Assembly (NCBI GenBank): GCA_950097015.1
Contig: CATNEN010000038.1
Location: 7,626,001-7,690,000 of the forward strand
From: Macrostomum hystrix
Taxonomy: Eukaryota; Animalia; Platyhelminthes
Reading direction: 5' to 3'
DNA: 64,000 nt
Part shown: one piece after another, positions 48,793 to 62,600 of the stretch
Position numbering within the stretch: position 1 is the stretch's first letter
Layout: every line of letters begins with the position of its first letter
The notes under the pieces: generated by a model
What the model was told of the DNA's origin: nothing
The model's database searches: none
Seen by the model: only the letters and a program-made list of their open reading frames with translations
Translations under genes and position numbers: made by a program

Positions 48793-50059
48793 TCGACTAT
48801 AAATACTGTATAACTGTATTAACAGCTAGATTATACTAATAAGCAGATTTCGGAGCCCTAATTGACTAAATTAATCGTTCTTATAGACTTATCAAGCTTT
48901 GGCTAAGGACTTAAGTGGATACATTAGCGCTAAAGGTGCTTTTCAGGTGCAGATGAAAACACGAAGCTTGTGTAGGTCGCGTACAGTAGCTATTTCTGAC
49001 TGACCTGTCGAAGATGTTGACTAAGTGCTGCGTGTAACTATTTTCTGCGAAATGTGTGGGACATTGTCGAATTCGATACCTGGTAGGAGCGGCAATATCC
49101 AGTAGCAAGTGAAGTGCACACACACACACACACACGTGGGGTCCCCGTGCAACTCCGTCTGGTAACGATTATGTGCGCACTGCAAGACATCGCATTGCGC
49201 CGGGGCCCAAGCCGCAGCGATAAGAGCCGGATGGTGCGGGAGGCCTCCGGTCGGACAGGCTTCACATCGCAGCAGCCCTGGCCAAAACTAAACCCAATAA
49301 CAGCGGATTGGAAACGCACTAAGCCTTCTTTCTTCCATTCCGATTCATAAAAAAGCCGCAGAAGCTGCCGCTTGTTCGTGCACTCGAAAGCAATGCGAAA
49401 AAACGAATCACTCCCCCATCGGATGGTTTAGTATGCGTACATTGGCCTCTGTAACGGACAAAATTTAGGTAAGGGCGATATTGTATGGGGAGCAGACTAT
49501 CTCATAGAAGATGCACGAGCCTGATTATGCCACAGCTCGCTGATGATTCGCTTGCGCCAAAGCCAACTAGGAAGGCACAGGCAGATATGCTCCAGCTAGG
49601 CTAACTGTAGGATCTACGCGACTTAAAAAACACTTTACATGCACGGGCCAGACAAACTTGTCCCCTTGCACCCTCGCCGCAGCCCTCTAGAGAGCCAGCG
49701 GGAGAAACAGATTACACGTTATCTGCGCGGCATTCATACTTCACAACTGGATTGGCTTAATTATGCATGCTTGATGAGCCGGGATTTCGCAAGCGTTGAT
49801 AGTTGGGAATAAAGGATTCTATGGAATGTCCTTTTCATACAGACATCGAGGCAAAAAACTTAAAAAACCTGTTTTGTTTTTTGCGTACTTTTCAAATTAT
49901 TTATGCTGAGAAACGCTGTAGGTGAGTGGCAGAGCGGTTAACGTTTTTGCCTCTCGCACCAAGGTCCCACCTCTGGAGGATCAGGGATGGTATTGTGATC
50001 CAAGCTAGGGAAAATTATAATAACAATTAAATTACAATGTATTGCACCTGCCCCAAGGA

Positions 50060-50390
50060 GGGTGAGTGGCAAAGCGATCTAACGCGTTTGTCTTAAGCTC
50101 CCTGAGCTCGATTCCGCGGTGAGGCCACATTCATTTGGGCGCAGCCGCAGATTGAAGGCCTGGAGGCTTGTTGTGCAATTGACGCCCCTGAGGGCCAACC
50201 TTCAAGGCACAGTTCGAGTGTACACTGCCTGACGATGAGAAAGTCAGGGCAGATGTACACACCTGTGTGAGCGTGTGCGTGCGTAAGATATCTGTGTGTT
50301 TTCATGAGTCAGCGAAATGGTGTGAATCGCGCATTGATTGACACCAAATAATGTGCCATTGCCCGCAGCCCTCCAGAAAATATTAGTATT
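50060..50390 (+). mobile_element. SINE family 1 copy; an isolated head fragment lies at 49921-49968
   Basis: GGGTGAGTGGCAAAGCG head, full body, and GTGCCATTGCCCGCAGCCCTC 3' end. Confidence 0.85.
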
Positions 50391-51070
50391 TTTTTCTCTT
50401 TATAATTATTGTTATACTAGCTCTGCTGTAGCCCTCGCGAGTGTAAAGTCCAAATTTCCAATACTTTGAAGTCAGACAAGCACTATGCTGATCGTTGTAC
50501 CCTACCACAAAGTCTTTTTAGATTGAAGGCACACGCTCGTATTTGATGTGGCTGACAAAGGAAAGGTTAATGTACTTTAGACAGTTAACAACAGCGGATT
50601 GCGAGGGCGCATCGCCAGCGCGGGGAGGAGTTTTCGGGAGCCAGGGGATGTCCCAGTCTGCCCTCTGCGCTTCTTCAGTTGGTCGGTCAGCCCCGAGCCT
50701 TGGAACACGCCCCTCCTCTATATCTAGTAAATCGTTATCAGTCAGGAAGGGGCATCTCGAAGAGGCTGGCAGCCGCATGGTAGCAGCGGACAGCACTTCA
50801 GGATCCCGTCCGGCGGGACTTCTCAGCCGAGCTTTGGCCAGTTGGTTCGCGAAAATTTATGGCCTATATCTTGCCTCCAAGATTCGCCAATATTGTTTAA
50901 AAGCAAATAATAATAAAGACCCGAGCATGCCTCTAGCATCTAGAAACTGCCTGTATCTGAAACTGAAGATTTGAAGTTCAACGATTAAACTTTGTTATTA
51001 AACCCAGGTAAGTAATTCGATAATAACTCTTTGACCTTATGCATGGCCCTTTAAAAAACTAACTTATCTG

Positions 51071-51386
51071 TATCTCATCCTGTGTCATCCAACCCCCGTC
51101 TCATCCAACCCCTGTCTCATCCAACCCTTGTCTCATCCAACCCCTGTCTCATCCAACCCCTGTCTCATCCAACTCCTGTCTCATCCAACCCCTGTCTCAT
51201 CCAACCCTTGTCTCATCCAACCCCTGTTTCATCCAACCCCTGTCTCATCCAACCCCTGTCTCATCCAACCCCTGTCTCATCCAACCCCTGTCTCATCCAA
51301 CCCCTGTCTCATCCAACCCTTGTCTCATCCAACCCCTGTCTCATCCAACCCCTGTCTCATCCAACCCCTGTCTCATCCAACCCCTG
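51071..51386. repeat. 16-bp minisatellite (TGTCTCATCCAACCCC)
   Basis: Visible tandem array. Confidence 0.93.
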
Positions 51387-51825
51387 CAGACAATTGCTGT
51401 TTTTTCGAGTAACAGCTTGACTGAAGGTGCGAATATTCACGCCTATCTTTCATCTAATTCCTCGAAAAGTTAGCCCCATAGACCATTGGAGCCGCACTAA
51501 AAGCATTTTGACACTTCGCTTCTGCCAGGCCAGACTTGCCAGTCTCCGAGCCATTTTCTCACTTCGAACCAGGCAATGTTTCGAAGCCGAAAAGCTTTTT
51601 GTTCTTCTTGTTCGTGACTTGACGGATGCATTCTTGCTTGGTAGACGAATCCGTCTTAAATACGCTTTTGACTTTATTGTTTATCTAGAAAACAGCTGCA
51701 TTGCTGTATACTTTAGTCGTTGCCATTCAGTAGTTTATTCCTGCTGGACCTGTAATGGACTTAATTCAATGAATAAGAGAACATACGTGATCGATTTAGG
51801 ATGCAGAATCATATAATCTTAGAGT

Positions 51826-52510
51826 TCCATCCTGACGGTTAAACGTTCTGACGGTGTTTCAACCTGATGGTGACCCGTCCTGACGGTGTCCCGTCCTGAC
51901 GGTGTTCCATCCTGACCGTGCACCATCCTGACAGTGTTCCATCCTGACGGTGTACCATCCTGACGATGTTCCATCCTGACGGTGTTCCATCCTGATGGTG
52001 TACCATCCTGACGGTGTTCCATTCTGACGGTGTTCCATCCTGACGGTGTTCCATCCTGACGGTGTACCATCCTGACGGTGTTCCATCCTGACGGTGTTCT
52101 ATCCTGATGGTGTTCCATCCTTACGGTGTTCCATCCTTACGGTGTTTCATCCTGACGGTGTTCCATCCTGACGGTGTACAATCCTAACGGTGTACCATCC
52201 TGACGGTGTACCATCCTGACGGTGTTCCATCCTGACGGTGTTCTATCCTGATGGTGTTCCATCCTGACGGTGTTCTATCCTGATGGTGTACCATCCTGAC
52301 GGTGTTCCATCCTGACGGTGTTCTATCCTGATGGTGTACCATCCTGACGGTGTTCCATCCTGACGGTGTTCTATCCTGACGGTGTACCATCCTGACGGTG
52401 TACCATCCTGACGGTGTACCATCCAAGGACTACTCAAGTAACGTATATATAACTTACTACTTAAGTAGTCCTTGGTACCATCCTGACGGTGTACCATCCT
52501 GACGGTGTCC
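51826..52510. repeat. 16-bp minisatellite (GGTGTWCCATCCTGAC)
   Basis: Visible tandem array with a short interruption at about 52425-52475. Confidence 0.93.
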
Positions 52511-53619
52511 CATTTTTACGATTTCGAATGCGACTTTATGCTTCACGAAGGTCATAGCTTACATCCTTTGACGAGTACATGTACCTGTGTCCCTCTGGAA
52601 GCGCAACCAGACACATCCTACAGGCGGCCCTAAGCCAGAGGGCGCCAGCAAGTTCAATGCTAAATGATAGACGCATGCAAGCAGCTGTTTGGACTATACA
52701 TCAAGCAAGATTCTTCACCTTTGGTCTGGAACATTGCAGTTTGCTTTTTCTGGAATGCACCAGCGGAAGCGTGAGCTTTGCCGCATGACCTTCCAACCCG
52801 TTGCGCGTCTTTCATCTTGCTGATTATCTGATTATCTTGACGTGGCGTCGTTTTTTGCGAATACAATTTCCAGCTTCGGTACTGTACTATCTTTCCTCTT
52901 GGTACAGTAAAAATGGAGACATGGATTATGATTATAATCTTGCAGCACCTTATCCAGCCTAATTTACCATTGTTAGTCCGTCTGTTTCCGGCCTTTTAAA
53001 AAGATGCCAATTATGCTAACACGCATCAGGCTTTTAACAAAGTAATATGACGGGGCAGTGAAATATTGAGGCCTAAAGAAAAATTTGACATTTCTATTAC
53101 TTCTCATGCGATACTTCAGTTACTACTCAAATGAGTAGGCAAAACAAACGATAGAAATAAGCGGAATTGTGAAAGCGCCGGCTGCTCAAATCTAACTTGG
53201 CAACTCTAAAAGAGACCAAAATGTTTGCGATCAATCAGCAGGAGAAAGAAAATTAGTGGATTTTTATTTTTTTGAGATTTGCGTTCTCAGCACATTGCGC
53301 GGCTGCCTCATCTTTATTACACACTCAGCTAATTTCCTGTGTTTCCTTCTTTCCGCGCTGAAACTCGACCGCTGGCAGCCGCACAAATGCTGATATTGAA
53401 GCATTTTTTTGCTGCAGGTGGTCGACTGGTCCGCAAAAGTATTTCTAGAGATTTCCATGAGAAGCTGCGAGTTTCTCGAGTAGAAAGCATAAAAACTCCG
53501 CCCGACAGCTTCTTCGCTTCTTGATTTTAGAGGCTTCGCCGGAAAAACAGCCGCTCGAAAGAAAAAAGTCATCGCGTTTCGTTCGCACAGAAGGGCACAG
53601 AAGGGCTAAACAGAGGAGG

Positions 53620-56600
53620 ATGTGGGCAGCAGCCACGCCAGCCAATGGGGACTCGCCAGGACACGCGGACGGCCTCCCCAACAGCGCAGCCGCCGGCAGC
53701 CTCATCAACAGTGGCGCTCAGCTTCACCAGCTGCTGCCCTGCATCTGCGACTGTGCCTGCCAGCTGGCACCGCTGCCTCCTCTTGAATTGCACGACGCCA
53801 GTCCAGATCTGCTTCTATCGTCGTCGCAGGAGTCTCTGATGGAAGTGCTTGTCGAAGAGGCTGGAGCAGTGGCTGCTGCCCAGGGAAGCGTCGCTGCCGT
53901 GACCGCAGGTGTCAATGCAGCAGCAACCGCAGCAGCTTCAGCTGGCAGCGGCATCGAGCTGAAGAGACTGCGGCAGTACCGCAGCCTGCGAAAACCAGCT
54001 TCCCGACCAGCACCAACGACAACGCAGCCGCGTCAGCAACCACAGCTGCCGCTACTGTCGCAGCAGCAGCAGCAGCCGCAGTACCAGCGTTTCCTGCCCG
54101 CTCCACCGCTAGCGGAGGAGGAGGACTTGAACAGTGGCAGACTGCGTCAGCGACGCCACAGCGACACGCCGAGGTTGCCGGGTATGGCACAGGGGGTTGT
54201 CGACGCTGAACAAGTGGCTATTCGTCACCGGATCCTAGGTGGGACGCAGCATCATCACCACCACCATCATCACTGCCACGGTCAGCAGCAGCAGCAGGAG
54301 CAGCAACAGCAGCATCAGCCACACTATCAGCATCATTACAATCCGTCTTTGCATCGACATCATCCCGGTGGAGGCTGCTGCCCAGGCGGAATGGGCGGCA
54401 GTGTCCGCTGCTCAGCAACATCTTCATCAGCCGCAGCCGCTGCTTCAGCTGCTGCCACGAGACAGTCCGAAGCCTCTCGAAGTCGCGGATTTCTTACAGA
54501 GCTCGGCGCAGATTTCATGCGGGTGAACGGAGCTGTCTCAGGATTCCGGCAGCTGAAACGGGTTCACGTTGGCGGCGGTACCTCAACGACTAGCCGTGGC
54601 TCGTCCTGTGATGACGCACCTGGAGGAGAGCAAATCCTGCAGCAGCACCAGCAGCTGCAGCAATCTTTGCCATGCAATCAGGAGACAACAGCCCTTCTAC
54701 TTTTGGAAGGCTCGTCGCCTCCACAATCGCCTGCGCCGATGCAGCAGCAGCAGCTGCCTGCGTCGCTGTACGATTTCACCGCAGACGCCGTCATGCCGGA
54801 TGCCGACATGGCCATTGCTCCTGATGCATCGGCGTCGACTAGCGTGCAGGCTGCAGCCAGTAGCTCCGGGTGCATCGCTGGTGGCGGCAGCGGAGTCCAG
54901 CATCCGGAGAGGCCGAGCAAGAATGTCGGCTACAGGCTGGGCCGCCGAAGGCAGCTGTACGAAAAGCGGAAACGTTTAAGCGACTACGCGCTGGCTTTCG
55001 GAATGTTCGGCATCGCTATTATGGTGCTGGAGACAGAGCTTACAATGGCCCGGCAGTACACTAAGGTGAGCTACGGCTAAAGTACCATTCTCTCTGTTCT
55101 TTCACTTTTCTAGAAACGCTGGAAAGTACATTCAGCAGACAACCGTACTAGGATGAAAATAGGCCGAGTTTGTGTAACAAGACTATCCAAATCGCGGGTG
55201 CATTGCTTTCTTTGTCGGAGATGCTCCAGTCACTGATCACAGACAAGCACCCTAGTCCTATAGGCCCTAAATTTGTCCCAAGTGCGGTTGCGAAAATTAC
55301 TGCGGTCTTTCCCGGATAAAGTGGCCTCTCAAAGCGCTGGACTCAGCCGGTTCTCGGCCTCTCGCAGCGACTGTTCACGGACTCGACATTGTTACTGGGA
55401 GGAAATTTATTGTCCACTGCAGGGCGGGACTTGCTCAGTTGTTGGGGATGCATAATTTATGCAAGTTGAGGATTTCTGCCCCGCCCAAGAGTTTGCCGGA
55501 GTGGAGTAACGACTGTGGGAACCAGCTCATGCTCAGTGTTGTCGCGGTCTGCAAAAAATTTAGCTACTGCTCAGAGAGGCGGGGCACCCCATCATTGCTG
55601 GAGACCCTGGCTGTTGTTCTTGCTTTCAGGAACGCGCTCTCCAGGAGAAGTGAGTGTACTTTAATCGCGCAATCCCGCAATTTACATAGCCCACCCCCAG
55701 CCCGCCTAGGAGGCTGCTGCTTGGACATTATTCAGCATCAGATGGCTGCGCTGTGCGGGACACGACACGGCCCCGCGGTCTGGCGGCCTCGTGTTTGAAT
55801 TGGGGCCACCAATTTCTCTCGTCTTTGCTTTTCTCTCATGACTTGCTGTTTCAGAGGGCCGGGTGGACATGTGAATCAATAACCCACAGCCGCTAAACTA
55901 ACAATTTCAGTTCGACATCTACTCGACCATCCTGCGCTCGCTGATCAGCATATCGACCCTGATTCTCGTGGCCCTCATCCTGGGCTATCATGCGCTGGAG
56001 ATCCAGGTTTGCGACCCGCTGTCTCACCTGAATTATTGGCATAGTTATTCTGAAAGCACGCTGAAAGTCTGAGGAACGCCCCCCGCCTGCGAGTGAGGAA
56101 AATAGATCTGGGAATCGCAAATGCCATGCGATGATTTAGATCGCTGGCCAGGCACACATGTCAAGTCCGGCTAGTCGGGGCGGCCGACTTTCATCAGTTC
56201 TTCTTGGCTAAGCCTGTCTCTATCCTTCCTAGCGTGTATTTACCTTTGAATGCATAGCAAGTCCCGGGTGAAGGACAGCTGCTTGTTCTGAATGCGGCAA
56301 AAGAGTGGGAAGGCCAGAATGCGAGCCGAGCCCTCTCCGCTTCCTCCTCCTGCTTTTCCTTGCGCTCCCATCCTCCCCAATGCGCCCCCATAGTTGACCC
56401 TGTAGCGGCCTGTCTGCGTACCTGTAATTTCCTGCCTCCGCCTCTGCTCCGCACCAGCAGTGAAAGCGGAGACGGCCCGTGAGGAAGCGCCGCCTGAAAA
56501 GGGACGTCGATTGTTGTGCCTGCTTAGGCCAGGGATATTTTGCGAAATTACTGCCTGCAGGCGGGGAGAGGTTTGAGTCATTTTGAGCACTTCCAGGGCT

Positions 56601-59600
56601 CCAGAGAGAGAGCTGCCCTAGCGAGCTCACGGTTAGCTATTCAGAGTGGGGAATTGCTCATGCCACAAAGGCACGGATTTTCACAAATTACTTTCTCATA
56701 AGACAGTTGAGAAGAGTCTCAGGATAAACAAGCGAGCCGTGAAACTGAGGAGGCTTTTGTTTTACTTGAACAGAGCGTTGGGAAATGCAAAAACAAGGAA
56801 GGCTATTTCACTTACTCAAATTAGAAAAGCGAATAGGAAGCTCAGAGATTTAGAGAGGCTTTGAGCATGATAATGAAAGCCAAGCATTTGCATGTTGATT
56901 TTGACCAACAGCTGTTCAGCATTGACAACTGCATCGAGGATTGGCGCATCGCCATCAACAGCCGCCGGGTGGCTCAGATGCTGGCCGAGGTGTGCGTCTG
57001 CGCGGTGCACCCGCTGCCCAACACCGTCACCTTCCGATGGCAGACCTACGTGCCTCACGACCGAAACACGCGCACAGTCGACGTCCCGGTGGATCTGTTC
57101 CTGTCGCTGCCAATGTTCCTGCGCCTCTACCTCATCTTCAGGGTGATGCTGCTGCACTCCAAGCTGTTCACCGATGCCAGCTCGCGGAGTATCGGCGCCC
57201 TCAACCGCATCTCCTTCAATACACGCTTCGTCATGAAGACTCTGATGACAATGTTCCCAGGCACCGTGCTGCTGGTGTTCATCCTGACCCTGTGGATCAC
57301 CGCCAGCTGGCTCATGCGCGCCTGCGAGAGGTCAGCTGGGGTCACGCATAGCTGCTCTCGCACCAAGGTCCCTGAGCTCGATTCCGCGGCGAGGCCGCAT
57401 TCATTCGGGGCGCAGCCGCGGAGAGAAAGCTTGGGGGCTTGTCGTGCGGTTAGCGACGATGAGAAAGTGCGTACCGTGTGTTTGGACATTCGGAAATCCT
57501 GCCTGAACTGCCTTGTCTCTGGCCGCGGGTCGATTTTAGGCCTCTGATATGCCAGTAGCTCTAGCCCCATGTGATCATTCATATTTATATCAACAGTGCG
57601 ACTACAAAGCCGTTTTTATACCAAGGGAGATTTTTTGGCAGCGTCCGAATGCTAACAGCTTCGGGTGGTGACTGACTGGTTGACAGACTGGTTGACAGAC
57701 AAAGACAGAAAAATTGAATATCTCGACGGTCTGAGCAGCTGGCGACTTGATTCTTGTCTCAGAAACAAGTTTCAGAAACTTGAAAAAGTTGGCCCGTGTT
57801 CTTGAGTTTCGTGTGCATTGCGTTGCTCCGTTCGGGTGCAGCACAAAAATTTTCAGGGGGGGATTCCCCTCGGTAGTTCTATTATTAATGCTTCACAGGA
57901 GGCGCTGTGGTGACTGATGCATAACTTGGCCTCAGCAATGAGACAGCCTCAAGCCTATATGAAAATTTCTCCAAAATCTTCACTCCACAGCTACCATGAC
58001 CACCTGCACGGCAACATTCTGAACTCGATGTGGCTGATCGCCATCACCTTTCTCAGCATCGGCTACGGCGACATCGTACCAAACACGTACTGCGGCAGGG
58101 CCATATCGATCACCACCGGCGTGATGGTAATTGAATCCAGTCTCAAACCCACAGCTGGTAGGATCAATATCTTCCTAACTGGTCCGGAGAACCAGAATCA
58201 CTAGGGGGGGGCGTCTCGCTGTCAGACAGATTTTCCAAGTGCTGAGCAGTGCCTGAGCAGGGTTGAGAAACGTTGAGTAAGTCGAAATTGAGTTGAGCCA
58301 GCGGCATTCAGAAACCCGGTGGGGGCGGGGTAGACACGGCAGGTTAGACCTCGCAGCCCACCCCCAGTGTAAGGCCCAACGACTAGATTTTCATTATTTT
58401 CCCATATCTCGCCCCGACAGTCTCGTGCCTGATCCCTGATCCACCACCCCAGCTAGGGGGATCAATGATGTTGCCAAGTGCCAAACTTTGCTTATTAAAT
58501 CTAGCACTAGAATAGAAAGAAGCGACCTGGAAACAGTTCAGTGTACTTTGTCATAGTGACTATGAGTCTACATAACTATTAATGCTGGCTAATTATGAGG
58601 CGATGGTTATTTGAGACACTTTTACAGCACCTGTCCTTGCACTGACTGGTTAATCAGCTAGACGCATTCCTTCTCTGTGCGTTCTCTCATTATCTATTGA
58701 TAATAGATACTAGATACTAGATACTAGATACTTAATACAGTTCGATATCTTTTATAATTGGTGCCTTACATGAAACGTATTTGTACTAAACAGTAGAGAG
58801 ACCTCGGAGTGTTTCAAATACCCAAATTTTCTCTTTCTGTATCTCCAAAAATATTCTGTATCGCCATGAAAATGCAGAACACGGGCTAAAATTTTCCAAT
58901 CTATCCGATGAAACAACTTCCAGAATCGGCATCTTCGATACATTTAACGATTCTCGTCTGGTGTCTGGTGGCAAAAACCACCAATAGAGCATAGATTTTC
59001 TGTTTACAAAATTTCATCATGTAACCATGACGACTATTATTGTTGCGCATATTGTAGTGATTAGATTGTTAATAATAATTATTATTGATTTGTTAATTAT
59101 TCAGGTAGCAAGCACACAAAAAAATCAGCAAATCCGAAACTGTCAGATACCTGTTGATTTTGATATGATAATCAGATGCAGCACGCAAGCATGGCATATT
59201 CTTCCCACATGCTAATTTCTCTCGACCAGGTGCAAAAATGGTGGGAAGTATCTGAAGGGAAAATTCGCAGCAAATTGAGCTTGAATCAAGTAGAAATTTG
59301 AGCAGTCCAAAGAGATCAACCCTAATTTCGGATGCTCAGGCAGCTATGCTCACCTGGAGCAGTCCGCAGTGCATCAGTGAAATGCGCCAGTCGAATGTCT
59401 CCATAACGAGCATGACAGCGCATGACAGCGCAGCCAAATCAAATCTTTTGATCCGTGGGTAATCACGGTGCTTGAAACAGGAGCTTCGCATCTCTAGTAA
59501 AAATCTCCTTTGATTGTTAACCACTGTCCTTAGTTCTTTGCATTGCATACACATTGTACTTTGAGTACTTTGTCGCTAGAACTTATCGATCACCTCATGT

Positions 59601-62600
59601 GTAGCACATAGGACAGGTGCCATAAAAATATTTTTTAATTTTAAGTTTGTAATTTTGTCAGTTTTTGATCACAGAAAACCTTCAGCCGCCAAATTGTGCC
59701 CTAAAAAAGTTTTAACACTTCGCTGTTATGAACTTTTTTAAACGGGAACCCATTCTTATCAAGCGAACATTTTTAAGGATGTTCTAAGGACTATTGAGGA
59801 GGCTGTAAAATGATAATTTTTTTTGGCTACTAAATGAAAAACTTTGAGGGCTGTTTAATGACATATTTGACGGCAGTTAAATGGCAACTAAACTGTATGA
59901 ATGATGAGAAGTTAGTTCAAATGAGAACCCGAATGAGAACTGTACGTTCATTACTCATAGGCTGCTCAGAAGCCCAAGCTTTCGCACACTTGCTCAGTGT
60001 CCCGTCTCCAAGCCTCTCTACACCTCTTCACACCCAGTAATCCCAATTGATCGCTAATATGCCATTGGAATGGGCCCGGTGGGTCGCTATTGATTTCGCA
60101 TAGTGACGAAGAAAGCCGAACAGAGACCAAAATGTTCCAGTTTGAAGCCACTCGAGCTAGGAAGGGGAGGCCGGACGAAGATGGATGGAGGAGGCGGCAA
60201 TGTGGGAGATTAGCATACAAAGCCGCAGCCCGAACTGCGCAGCCAAGTTTATGCCCCTCCACTGTCACGCGAACGCGAAAGAAACCCTCTAAGTGGCGAC
60301 TGAGGAACAGTGCGTTGCAATAGTTTCCGGGGTATTGCAGAGTCCCTGGTGCAAAAGTGCAAGCCAAGCAAAGTTGCATATAAAGCGGTTTTAAGAGCAT
60401 CAACTGAACCCTGCAAAAACAGCGGATCAGTAACTATTCTGCAATGTTCCGCAATGGCGGGCTCCCGGCCGAGTTCTTGTTCCCCCATATAACTGTCCGC
60501 TGCGCTGCGCAATCACTGGATGGAAAGCGCGCCTGTCATGCAGCCATCAACAGGCACTTGCGCCGTCAGTCAGTCAGTCAGTTGGCGAGGCAAGGACGGG
60601 CCAAGTGGTACAAAACGTGTACATTCACTTCACGAGAGCCAAGTTCGCTTGAAAAAGGCGTCTTAGCAATGTGCGCTTAAATTAGACATCCCCAATAGTA
60701 ATGTGTCGCTTGAATTAGACGTCTTATTAGCAATGTGTCGCTTGAATTAGACGTCTTGTTAGCAATGTGTCGCTTGAATTAGACGTCTTATTAGCAATGT
60801 GTCGCTTGAATTAGACGTCCCTTGGCAATGTGTCGCCTGAATTAGACGTCCCTTAGCAATGTGTCGCTTGAATTAGACGTCTTTTTAGCAATGTGTCGCT
60901 TGAATTAGACGTCCCTTGGTAATGTGTCGCCTGAATTAGACGTCTTATTAGCAATGTGTCGCTTGAATTAGACGTCTTATTAGCAATGTGTCGCTTGAAT
61001 TAGACGTCCCTTGACAATGTGTCGCTTGAGTTAGACGTCTTAGCAATGTGTCGCTTGAGTTAGACGTCTTAGCAATGTGTCGCTTGAATTAGACGTCTTA
61101 GCAATGTCTCGCTTGAATTAGACGTCTTAGCAATGTGTCGCTTGAATTAGACGTTTTAGCAATGGGTCGGTTAAGTTAGACGTCTTAGCAATGTGTCGCT
61201 TGAATTAGACGTCCCTTGACAATGTGTCGCTTGAATTAGACGTCTTAGCAATCGGTGGTTAAGTTAGACATCTTAGCAATGTGTCAGCTCGCTTCCTTGT
61301 TTCGTAGCACTTGTGAGTGAGTAGAGGGGCACAATAGTCAGCTATGCGATTTGAAAACAAACGCAAGGGCAGATGTTTCGCCGCACTGTTTTTCTGTTAC
61401 TGTTGGCGATATTTGCGATATATGCATGACTATTTTTACTTTTTTACATTCTTCTAACTGAGCGAGGCAGTGAAATGTATACCTGATTGATGAAAGCAGT
61501 TGGATTGTTGATAAAATATAAGTGCACCATACAGTTTCGTATTGCATGCAGTGTATCGGAAGTCACATTCGTATGTCGATGTGGAGTGCCATTTCTGAGA
61601 TACGAAAAGTATTTCCCCATTGTCTCAATTCACAGCGTGGGATGCGGGCAGCCCCGTGCCTTGAAGTCGGCAATGGTTGAGCCAAAGAGATTGCTCGATA
61701 ACTGCATAATGAATGATGCGAAAATAAGCCAGCCAAAGTCCCACGGCTCCCGCCTTTGATCTGTGCCGCCCGGCCTGTGTTCTCTTGCCGCCTAAAACTC
61801 TTTGATGCCACCGATTTATCTGGGCAAATCGCGGGTGCAAATTGATTTCGGCTCTCAACTTAACTGGTCTATTTTTTCTAAATCCCTTTTATGGGTCTTG
61901 ACGGAGTCCCAGAGTTCTTAACTCGGCTTTTTCCCCCGACCGAAATCGATTATTCAGATAAGCCTATCAAATGGTTCTGCAGATTGGCGATTTTACTTAG
62001 TGGAACATTTATTATTATGTCATCAAAGAAAATCCAAATTGAGTCTGAGCTCCAAGACGAATTAGCTTTTTCCAATTCAGCAACCCCGAATCTATTAAGG
62101 CGCTCTGGCATCAGTTCAACTCACCTTCCATTGTGAACTGCAGGGCTCCTGCTGCACAGCACTCGTCGTGGCCGTGTTTGCCCGAAAACTTGAGCTGACC
62201 AGAGCTGAGAAGCACGTGCACAACTTCATGATGGACACTGCGCTCACGAAGCGGGTGAGTATGCGAGTTCTGTGTAGTACGAAAGTCCTGGTTCGATTTC
62301 GTGGCGAGGCCACATTCATTTGAGGCGCAGCCGCGGAGAGAAGGCTTGGGGGCTTGTCGAGCAATTTACGCCCTTGAGGGCCAACCTCCAAGGCACAGTC
62401 AAAGTGTACACTGCCTAACGATGAGAAAGTCAGGTCAGATGTACACACCTGTGTGAGCGTGCACTCAGGAGTCAGCGGAAAAGATAGGATTGCCTCTCGC
62501 TGGCTGCGGGTCCAGTGTCACCAAAATGATGTGCCATTGCCCGCAGCCCTCTTGCAATTATTACGGGAGTTGTATGGTACGAAAGTCCATGAGTTCGAAT

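Noticed and set aside
38300-50130. tRNA genes at the A/B-box sites
   Set aside because: No complete cloverleaf or acceptor stem; each continues into a shared repeat body, so they are SINE heads.
50518-56630. Antisense ORFs 50518-50796 and 56194-56630 as a nested gene
   Set aside because: No recognisable domain or consistent exon chain; GC-rich sequence leaves several frames open.
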